Source of the DNA: Spirogloea muscicola
Taxonomy: Eukaryota
Length of the DNA stretch: 38,542 bases
NCBI GenBank assembly: GCA_009602725.1
Contig: WELB01000001.1
Coordinates: 1,074,860-1,113,401, forward strand
Reading direction: 5' to 3'
In this document: positions 15,301 to 23,914 of the stretch, in pieces
Position numbering within the stretch: position 1 is the stretch's first letter
Layout of the letters: each line of letters begins with the position of its first letter
Program-made: the position numbers and the translations under genes
The notes under the pieces: generated by a model
Database searches by the model: none
Told to the model about the DNA's origin: nothing
What the model saw: only the letters and a program-made list of their open reading frames with translations

Positions 15301-16506
15301 AAAAGAATTGAGATACTACCGAGCTTCTCGTCATACATCAAGCTGGTGGTCAGGCAAAGCATCAGTCCTGCAAGTACTGCAATGTGAGGGCAAGTGACAG
15401 GCATAATGGGCAGCCTTCACTCTCAAGGGAGGCACTCATACCCATCGCAGGTGATGAGACGGAACCTGCTGAAATTGATACACGTGCGGGAGTTCGCCGA
15501 GGAAGCCGTTTTTAGGAACCCGTGCCTCTCCTTCACACTGCCAAATGTCATCTGCAGGTAAGAGCATCCCAGCTCGATACGTCTTCACTAGCTCATGTGT
15601 AATGTATGTAATAGCACGGTGCGGTGATGTCCACACTCCCTTAAGTTTCAAGTTCGCCTTCGTCTTGCACTATAGCAACTCCTGATGCAGTTGCATACTG
15701 AGAGCCAACACCTTGAATGCCTGACAGCTATTGAAATGCCCAATCATTGTGCACTCTCGCAAATCCTACATTCAATCTGCATACTAAGCAGACACCTTGA
15801 CATTGATGCTCAACAGCTATTGCAATGACTGTCAAGATCTGGACCTCTGTCGAGACCCGTTGCTTCTGAGCAAGCAGTGGAAGTGCGCCGTGCCACAGTG
15901 TGGCCAGCCGTATAATCGGGAATGGATTGAGAATGCACTACTTCAAGTGAGGAACAGCATCTCAACCCAGCAACTAATAGCAACAATGGAAAACGTATGC
16001 ACTAGCAAGGGACAATGTGTGGCAGCCTCTGATAGTTGCTGCATACGTTGTTCTTCACCATGTGTTGCAGATTGTGCGACAGCGGTGCCGCCTCTTCCAG
16101 CTGCAGGACCTGCGATGCACCAAGTGCCGACAGGTGACCCACAGCCACATTTTCTTGATCTCACTGTGGAAGAGCAACAAATGACAGGCCTGCACTGTAG
16201 CTGAATATCAATACGCATTCTCCCTCCAGCAAGGTGCAATGCAGTCAACTCACGAACTTTGAGCAGGAGCAGCAAGGCTTATGGCAGAGCTCCTCATGCT
16301 GACTGCTCCTTACGAGCCCTTCTGTTGCGGCGCAGGTCAAGTCCGCCCACCTGGCTGATCAGTGCAGGTGCGCAGGTGCCTTTGAATGTACCGAGGCCCC
16401 TGACGCATTCCGCCAGCGGCTCAAGGTGTTCGCAAACATTGCGGCTTTCCACGGCTTTGAGCTGCTCCTGGAGTGTGTCCAATGGCTGCTGCAGACGAGC
16501 CCTTAA
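327..16506 (+). CDS. POL2: DNA polymerase epsilon catalytic subunit A (family B polymerase), about 52 exons
   Basis: Manually spliced exons (first 327-481, 598-697, 892-957; last 16336-16506 ending TAA) are collinear with plant POL2A/TIL1 as I recall it. Motifs: Exo[16 protein letters not shown] (~2640); Exo[13 protein letters not shown] (~3230); pol motif [11 protein letters not shown] (~5025); CysX CAAC..TC..ICMRE; motif [15 protein letters not shown] (~6600); motif C ELDTDG (~7000); C-terminal CysA/CysB (CNDC..CAVPQC; CTKC..CRC). Introns are GT-AG except two GC-AG. Confidence 0.98.
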
Positions 16507-16738
16507 GACTGGGCCTGGACAAGCCAGCGTGAGTCATAGTACGACGACGTGTGTATGACAAGCTCCGAGTGCCACTCTTGGACAATCCGAGTTGGATCAG
16601 TGGTAGTGCAGGGAACCAGTCCCCTGACCTAGTAGCTCCCGTTCCCTACACATTGCTGGCAACGAGCCCTTCCAGCGCGAGCTTACTTAAGCAAGCATGG
16701 ATCATAGTACAAGACGTGAACATGACAACTCAGTAGTG

Positions 16739-16809
16739 CCACCCCATCTCAGATTGTCCAAGAGTGCCACTCTTGGACAATCACTCTTGGACAATCTGAG
16801 ATGGGGTGG
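16739..16809. repeat. 28-bp perfect inverted repeat (hairpin) with an internal tandem duplication, downstream of POL2
   Basis: CCACCCCATCTCAGATTGTCCAAGAGTG (16739-16766) is the reverse complement of 16782-16809. The loop holds a second CACTCTTGGACAAT. GAGTGCCACTCTTGGACAAT also occurs at 16567-16586. Confidence 0.9.
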
Positions 16810-17970
16810 TGGCAATGCAAGAGACTGATCTTCTTGCATTCTCTGACCTGACAGCCCTCTCCCTCCCCATAATCGGCTAGATGCTGATACTAATGTGCAA
16901 ATAGCTCCATGTTGGTTACGGCAAGGTGTGTAGCACTATGCACAAATTTAGCAGTTGATATAACTGGCTTATGCGCGTATTCAGATACTTGCATAGGATC
17001 TATCTTAACATGGCTGCGAGGAGGCCTGCACTGCCGAGTCAGGCATAGGTACATCAAAAGCCTCATCTCAGCAGAAGCCGGCACATCAGTACTCAGAGCT
17101 CGTGAAGCAGGTGCAATGCACGCCCCTAAGATTGAGCTGGCACAGATGGCATTGAGAATCTGGTGTTGCCCTGCCTTGACGGTGGTTACCAGTAGCAAAT
17201 CATGGGCAGCACTCGCACTTGCCACTCAGATCCACGGGGGCTCAGGCTGCCAGTCACAAGCCGCCAGAGCTTGTCAGCAGGCCTGGGACTGGACCATGCA
17301 TGTAAGCGGTGGGACAATCAGACCTGTGGAAGTATCCTCAAGCATGTCTGAATGTCACAAGTGCATGGCTGGCACACATGGTGGTCAAAGGAGTTCCAGA
17401 TTTCAGCTGGCGAAATGGGCTCCAGCGTGTGACAGGTGTCATTTCGTCTTCAAGCCTGACATGAGCAGCAAAGCTGACCTACCCTAGCTCTACAAAACTA
17501 GCTCAATGTGTAACTATGTATGAGCCATCGGCCAGGGGCCAACGAGCCAGGTGGAGCCAGCGAGCTCCGTGGCAAAGCTACACCCTACGCTAGCATTTAA
17601 ACAGGCATCCAGAAGTAGGTTGCAACCTGTGGAGTGACCAGGGCCCCCACCTCAGTCTCTCCTGGACGACTGTAGCAAGATTTGCGCACCGCCTGCAAGA
17701 AGCTTGCACAAAGGACAGCTTGGGGACATGTTTGAGGAGGTGCTGACGGGATAGCACAGAAGTCCGTGGCTCCTCTCACTGTGGGCTGCTATCTGACCCC
17801 ACTTCCAATGCCGACTTCCTCCGCCATCTTACCCTGCTTGAATGCAATCACCCACAGTGCCTCCTTGCAGATGCACGCAAGGAAGCCTGCTTCACAAGGC
17901 TCGCAAGCCTGTGCAGAGAACATCATGAACCCTGTTCAAGTCGGACCTGCAAAGCTCGCACCCTTTCCCA

Positions 17971-20747
17971 TCAACCTGCTTGCCGCAGAGTGCAGGCCAC
18001 TGTCTGGGCCCACATTCGGAGGTGCTGCTTCATAGCAGCAGGGTGATTGCTATGGTCCGGTACAATCCACGGCTCTTCCTTGGGGGGCGAGGAGCTCAAC
18101 GAGTCCAATGACTGCCTGCAAAACCTTGGCAGGTCCTCGCTCTGCGTGTCTGAGTATGAAGCATCTCCCTCGCTCTGCACAGACTGATATTGCACAGGAT
18201 AACCCGTTCTCAGTCTTCAATGGTGCCAACCGGTGTCGCAAATCACCGACGCAGGCCAGCGGGACGTACCTCATGACTATAAACAGCTGTTACTACTTGA
18301 GAAGCTAAAGTCATGCAAAACCCACCTTGGCAGGGCTCATAGGGGGGCTGTCAGCGTTTTGCAGCCTTCCTGGAAGCGTTTGCTGACGCAAGATTCGCTG
18401 CTGCACCGTCTCCACAGCTTGGTACAGCCTCAATGCAGGTAGAGTGGAAGCCATCCTTGGGCTGATGACGCTCTGATCAAACTGCACCAGTACCACATAA
18501 CAAGCATGGTCATGGACTGGCAGTGTCCGGACAAGGACTGACTGACTTAGACCTAGGCTGGTGGAAAACTCACATTACCACCTTACCAACTGACGTGTAG
18601 ATTTCGAGTGGAACTGAACCTGTCACCTGTAGCACAAAACCATATGGTAAGGAGCTGTTTGTTAGCTCACGCCTAGGACAGTGAGCAGGAACAGCCTAAG
18701 CGAAAGTGTCATACACAGTGCCTGCAAGTTCCTCTTGCATGAGCCTTGCACAGGATTCTGATCTTCGCCGCCAGCATTCACCTGCAGCAATCATCTGAAG
18801 TGCGACGAACTTGTGACTGTTAAGTGACTAAAGTGACAAGAATGTTCCTAATGCACAAGGCCATAGATGTGTGGACAGGGGTTGAGATTATCATTCCGTG
18901 TGGATTTTGTATGGCTTCAAACGTACCTTGAAACCAAGATCGAAGAACCCGCGCAACTCTTCAATGTCAGCGTCAGTGAGACTCTTGGCTTTCTCAGGAT
19001 ATGCACTTTCCTGCTGCTTCTGAGTGCTTCTACCCATGCAAACATCGGCAGACATACTGCAATAACACCAGCAATGTCATGCAAGCATCAGCAATCTAGA
19101 CAAAGGTCTGCTAGGCTAGAGAGAGGTAGAATGGATAGCTAAGCATGCTGCCAATCATGAGTAGAACAACGTTGGGAAAGGAACACAGAGCTCAGAGATT
19201 ATATAAGGCATTTAGAATATTTAGTGGAATAGTATGTGAAGCCCAGCAGTACATGCATAGCAATACAGGATGCCATGTAATCTATGAAAATTACAGTCAA
19301 AGCATAGCAAGCAGACAAGGCATCATGAGAAGATACATAGAAAGTATGACAATGACAATTATTGGTGCGCTAGCATTGGACTATGGCAGCAAATGTGTCA
19401 ATTCACGACCTAACTTCAACCATTACGAGAACGTCAAAGAGGCATGACCCAAAAATTCCAGGTAGATACGGCAGCTGGAAGAAGGGACATTCCCCGTAAA
19501 TGAAGGACCTGAAGGTGACGACCACCAGATATGACGATTGCATGCAATCAAGAGAATGTAATCACCTTCGTGTTCGGCGAGCCCTGAGAGCTGGTCTGAC
19601 ATGCCGTCGGGAGTCAGAGCCTTGCATCGTGGCCCATCGAACATCCTCTAGGCTCCTTGACAACCTTGGCTTTCTGCCATATCGCTCCTTTCTTTGCCGT
19701 GGCAGAGTTGGGCCGTTACCATCTGGCGCTCTCTGCTCATCTCTTGAAGCTTCGCTTTCCTCGTACTTGTTCTCCTGGTTCTCTGCATGTCACACAAGCC
19801 AAGCCAGACGACATAAGAATATGTTGACAAAGGCAGCGACATTGAAGAACAAAGATTTAGACCACGTTTCATTTCTTCTTGCAATCAAATGATTACCCAT
19901 GCAGACTACGACAGACCAGTGTGGCTAGGCAGCAATGATGTCGATCCATATGGATGAAAACTTGCTGGTCAACAAACACCACATAATATCTGACCTCTTA
20001 CACATAATCATGACAATCATCACTTCCGAGGAAAACTGCTCTAAAATAGGGACGAAGACACACGCAGGCAAAATACGAAGCTCCGGCCAGGTTGTAGCTT
20101 ATTGCACATGCTACTGCATTTGCATACAACAACTTTCAAAGTACTACGACATCAATTTCTTGCACTACAGCATGTGATTTCAAAGTAACGGGCTGACAGC
20201 CGACCTTGTATGGGGGAGAGTACATCCCTGCTTGACTTTGGCCAGGCAACATTGCTGGTGAACCATCCCTCCTCAAGAAGGGTGAGCAGGGTGGGCGATG
20301 GCGTCTTCTTTGAGGAGGACGAAAGGTCCACTTGCACCCTGGGCTCTTTTTCCTCTTCAGAGACTGGCGCTGCTACGTCGAGTCCAAGAGCACTATCAAC
20401 CTGGTGGTCATCAGATGCACCTTGCTGGTCCTCCAAGGCCGCTTGCTCGGTACCGTATTCAGTACTGATTTCAGTTTCTGCCAAGACAGGGGTATCTATG
20501 CTATTTTTCCCCGACAATTCGAGAGATAGCTCATCGCTGTCGTCACGAACGCTGCACATGGCACAGAACATCAGAGAGCATGTCAGAGCATGTCAGAGCG
20601 TGTCTCAAGCATGAGCGACGTCAACCGTCCGCAAGGCTGCCTGAGAAGCATGCGCACGAAGGCCTGCGCCGCACACCTGCTGCTGGTGGCGGACATGCCC
20701 GGGCACGGGACCCTGGGCGCGGGAGGAGCGCGGCCGTGGAAGCACAT
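17971..20747 (-). CDS. DUF1685-family protein, 6 exons
   Basis: Phase-consistent exons 20747-20677, 20551-20205, 19782-19566, 19029-18927, 18481-18326, 18174-17971. They encode KSLTDADIEELRGFFDLGFKF...MASTLPALRLYQAV and a C-terminal NHPAAMKQHLRMWAQTVACTLR, matching plant DUF1685 signatures (KSLTDxDLxELKGxxDLGF, TLPAL, KxxLKxWAQAVAC). Start codon is uncertain. Confidence 0.85.
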
Positions 20748-21164
20748 GGAGGGCGAGGCCCGCACGGAGACGGAGGCTGGCGGCGCAGGGTCAGCGCCCC
20801 GGCGGCGGCGGCGACGCCGGCCACGCGCGTGGCGCGAGCATCGTGCGCTGCGCGCGCCGCGGCGGCGGCGGCGGCGGCGCTGGTCTGAGTCGTCGGGCGA
20901 GAGAGGGCCTGGCGTGGCTGGGGGGTGGTGGGCGGGCGGGCGGGCCAGCGGGAGTGGAGCGGGCGAGGGTGGGGGGAATCCACCGCCGTGTCCGGGAACA
21001 GCACCTTCACCGACGGAGCCGCAGCCGCACCACGAACGGGCGGCGCCGTTGGGAAGTGAGCTCTTGCCTCGCTTGCTTGTTTGTGCCTTTCAGCTTTTCG
21101 GCCCCTTTGGGACCTTCTCGTCAATCCTTGTCCGGCTGGCTTCTCCACAGCCAGTGCCGTAGAT

Positions 21165-21325
21165 GAAGAAGCAAGCGCGGCCAGATGGACTGGTGGCTGG
21201 GAGAGGCCAGCCCAAAAGGAATGGACAAGGACAGAAGAATCCTGGTGCTAAGTACTAAGACAGCAGCAAGGGGACTCTCAGTAACCTCTAGTCTGAAGAT
21301 GCAAGTCCGAATAGTAGGTTGGAAG
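21165..21325 (-). mobile_element. 3' fragment of RLE-type non-LTR retrotransposon (tail copy 1)
   Basis: Minus strand reads ...PTYYSDLHLQTRGY* (stop at 21278-21280), followed by a UTR containing TTGTCCATTCCTTTGGGCTGGCCTCTCCCAGCC and a pyrimidine-rich end. Confidence 0.7.
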
Positions 21326-21350
21326 GGTCTTCTCTGTCCATTCCTTTTGG

Positions 21351-21526
21351 AGAAGTGGCACTCCCAATGGGGGCAAGGGCTGCGAAAAGCCAGCCCAAAA
21401 AGAATTCACAAAGGTTCAGAGGGGCCTAAGAGCGGTGAGCAGCTACAAAGGGGCCTGAGGATGCTATGGTAAAACAGGGGGAGGATGGATCACTCAGTAA
21501 GTACGAGTGAGGAGCCTCAGATCCGA
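21351..21526 (-). mobile_element. 176-nt retrotransposon tail inserted antisense into another tail, 5-bp TSD (TTTGG)
   Basis: Minus strand reads SDLRLLTRTY* (stop 21494-21496) plus a UTR ending GTGCCACTTCT. It is flanked by TTTGG at 21346-21350 and 21527-21531. Removing the insert and one TSD copy restores TGTCCATTCCTTTTGGGCTGGCTTCTCCCAGCC. Confidence 0.8.
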
Positions 21527-21589
21527 TTTGGGCTGGCTTCTCCCAGCCACCAGTCAATCTGGCCGCGCTTTCCTTTCACAGCCCCAGCC

Positions 21590-21685
21590 CCCCTTTTTCT
21601 TTTTGGAAGAGCCACTTTCCCTCACTTTCTTTTTGGGCTGGCTTTTCGCAGCCCTTGCCCCCAGTGGGAGTGCCACTTCTTCTCT
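21590..21685 (+). mobile_element. Retrotransposon 3'-UTR tail interrupted by a 19-nt antisense insert with 11-bp TSD
   Basis: TTTCTTTTTGG at 21596-21606 and 21626-21636 flanks AAGAGCCACTTTCCCTCAC. 21627-21680 is a near-perfect reverse complement of 21351-21404. Confidence 0.7.
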
Positions 21686-21967
21686 CGCACTTGGCTGGGC
21701 CGCCGGCGGCAGCACGCAACAGCCACCGCCGGACCGAGCTCTGACCCCAACCGACCTAGGAGCCGCTCGACCTGCCATCGACCTTGCTCCACACCGCCGC
21801 CGGCGCCGGCGACGGCGCCGGCGGGGTGGGACCCAACCGGCCGCTTCGCCGGCGACGGCGGAGCCCGTCATTGACGGCTGTTCGGCTCCTGCTCCCCCCT
21901 TTTGTTTTCACAGCCGATTCTTTCATATCAGCAGCCGCTTTCTTTTTTTTTGTTTTGTTAGAGTAAC

Positions 21968-22370
21968 CGCGGCCAGATTACTGGAGGCTGGGAGAGAAAA
22001 GAAAGAGCGCGCCCATTGAGGATATGGGCTGGAACAGCCAGCCCAAAAAAGAAGAAGTGGCACTCCCAATGGGGGCAAGGGCTGCGAAAAGCCAGCCCAA
22101 AAAGAATTCACAAAGGTTCAGAGGGGCCTAAGAGCGGTGAGCAGCTACAAAGGGGCCTGAGGATGCTATGGTAAAGCTGCTATGGCACCTTCGTGCCGGA
22201 AGAAGTGGCACTCCCAATGGGGGCAAGGGCTGCGAAAAGCCAGCCCAAAAAGAATTCACAAGGTTCAGAGGGGCCTAAGTGCGGTGAGCAGCTACAAAGG
22301 GGCCTGAGGATGCAATGGTAAAACAGGGGGAGGATGGATCACTCAATAAGTACGAGTGAGGAGCCTCAGA
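21968..22370 (-). mobile_element. Chain of minus-strand retrotransposon tails
   Basis: 22051-22175 and 22200-22370 are near-identical direct copies of 21351-21520; the latter reads LRLLTRTY* (stop 22343-22345). 21968-22050 holds two further hairpin/tail fragments (GGGCTGGCTGTTCCAGCCC...ATGGGCGCGC and TCTCCCAGCCTCCAG...CTGGCCGCG). Confidence 0.8.
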
Positions 22371-22590
22371 GCCCTAGCTGCTGTCTCTGGCTCTGTCCAG
22401 GGGACCCACTTCCAGGACCCTAGCATCTCTGACCTGCGGCTGCTCAGCAGGAATTACTGAGCCATTCGTAGCTGCTTTGTTTCTTCTTGTGCTTGTTTTT
22501 CTTAGCACTTCCCCTGGCTCCCTTCTCGTACTTTGTCCATTCTTTTTTGGGCTGGCTGTTCCAGCCCCTATCCTCTATGGGGCGCTCTTT
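22368..22590 (+). mobile_element. 3' fragment of RLE-type retrotransposon (subfamily ending SRNY*)
   Basis: 22368-22460 reads RALAAVSGSVQGTHFQDPSISDLRLLSRNY*. UTR has TTGTCCATTCTTTTTTGGGCTGGCTGTTCCAGCCC..CTCTATGGGGCGCTCTTT. Confidence 0.8.
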
Positions 22591-22591
22591 G

Positions 22592-22856
22592 GCTCATGCG
22601 GTCCACGCGCGGGCTGGCCGTGCTATGGCTGCTGCTTCCGGGTCTCGGCAAAGTGCCGCTTCTCCTGCTCCGAGTTACTCTGATCTGCTGTTGCTCACAC
22701 GTGGATACTGAGCAGCCATCTGCATCTCCCTCTGCACCATCTTGCACTTTGTAGTGTAGTCCTTTTTCAGCACCTCTTTCTTTGGCTTTGAACATTGTCC
22801 ATTCTTTTTGGGTTGGCTTTGCCAGCCCCTCTTCTCTATGGGCGAGCTCTCTCTCT
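22592..22856 (+). mobile_element. 3' fragment of RLE-type retrotransposon (subfamily ending LLTRGY*)
   Basis: 22592-22711 reads AHAVHARAGRAMAAASGSRQSAASPAPSYSDLLLLTRGY*. UTR has TTGTCCATTCTTTTTGGGTTGGCTTTGCCAGCCC..CTCTATGGGCGAGCTCTCT. Confidence 0.8.
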
Positions 22857-22992
22857 ATGGTAAAACAGGGGGAGGATGGACCACTCAGTAATTACGAGTG
22901 AGGAGCCTCAGATCCGACAGACTAGCTGCCGGGAAGCTATCACCCTGACGAAAGCCAGAGCCCGCAGCGAGAGCACGGCCAGCTCGCAGATG
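22855..22992 (-). mobile_element. 3' fragment of RLE-type retrotransposon (subfamily ending LTRNY*)
   Basis: Minus strand reads HLRAGRALAAGSGFRQGDSFPAASLSDLRLLTRNY* (stop 22885-22887). The UTR is truncated at a CTATGG microhomology with the neighbouring tail. Confidence 0.8.
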
Positions 22993-23372
22993 CCCAAAAA
23001 AGAATGAGCAGAGTACAAGAAGCCCAAGAAGAAGGGGGGCCAGCAAAGCCAGCCCAGAAATGGCCCCCTTTCTCTATGGGCGCGCACTTTCTTCCAGAAA
23101 GAATGGACAATGTCAAAAGCCAAAAAACAAAATACACACAGCCAGGCAGCTAGAGAATAAGACACGACGAAGCACAGGAAGCTCAATACCCCCGGGAGAG
23201 GCCAGCCCAAAAGAAGAAAGAAAGTGCGCGCCCATAGAAGGGCTCAATGGAAGGGCTCACTTTCTTTGGGCTGGCCTCCAATAAAGTCTTTGCTTCCGTT
23301 TGGAAGAGCCACACTCATTCTTCCCACAGCCAATGCTTTCCTCTTCTCTATGGGCGAGCACTTTCTTTTTTC
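22993..23372. mobile_element. Further nested tail fragments, including a 33-nt antisense insert with 7-bp TSD
   Basis: Minus strand has PRGY* (stop 23183-23185) plus UTR. CCAGAAA at 23054-23060 and 23094-23100 flanks TGGCCCCCTTTCTCTATGGGCGCGCACTTTCTT. More tail motifs occur at 23200-23240 (-), 23260-23280 (+) and 23340-23372 (+). Confidence 0.75.
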
Positions 23373-23914
23373 CAGCCTCCACACGGTCCCGTCATCGGAG
23401 AGATTTCGCATCTCGGTCCTGCCTAAATGCGCTTCCCCCAGCCCACCAGCTGTGCGGTCTCCAGCAGATTCTTTCGATTCTCTTCTTATCCGTCTGGCGA
23501 GCCGGCCGCCCGAACAACATGCACGACACGTGGGCTTTAAGGATAATGCCGCCCACTCCACCGTCTGCTCAAACGCCGTGGCCCGCTACCACGCGGCACG
23601 CAAGTCGTGTCACTGCGGCCTCTGGTGTCCTCTATGCGTTGCGGCGGCTTTCCCTTTTCTCACATCCGCGATTATCTGCTGCTTGTGCGTGGCGCCTCCA
23701 TGTAGCTGCCACCGATACTCCCCGCCTCTGGCACCAAGTTGTAGCGAGCATGCTACCAGCAGATGATCCATGGGTGCAGGAGTTGGAAAAGCGGCAAGCA
23801 CTAGGTGCCAAAGCTTTCACACTTATCTAAAGCACCTCACAACCAGAGAAGTATATAGACTTCTGATGGACGTAAAACGCATTGTCATGGTGAATACGTT
23901 AGAAATCTGAAATG

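Noticed and set aside
16890..17960. ORFs of 111-192 aa between POL2 and the DUF1685 gene
   Set aside because: No recognisable motifs or consistent exon chain; probably 3' UTR or intergenic sequence.
20571..20604. About 3 copies of TGTCAGAGCA in DUF1685 intron 1
   Set aside because: Ordinary slippage-type micro-duplication.
22944..22960. CTGACGA...GAAA hammerhead-like core
   Set aside because: The motifs overlap, with no stem II; the sequence is the antisense of a retro-tail coding region.
21165..23372. CRISPR-like repeat-spacer array
   Set aside because: Repeats are irregularly spaced, in both orientations and attached to retrotransposon C-terminal peptides; the context is eukaryotic with no cas genes.
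23380..23830. ORFs 23224..23766 and 23300..23830 (+)
   Set aside because: They begin inside retro-tail repeats and show no recognisable domain; a small gene cannot be excluded but is unsupported.
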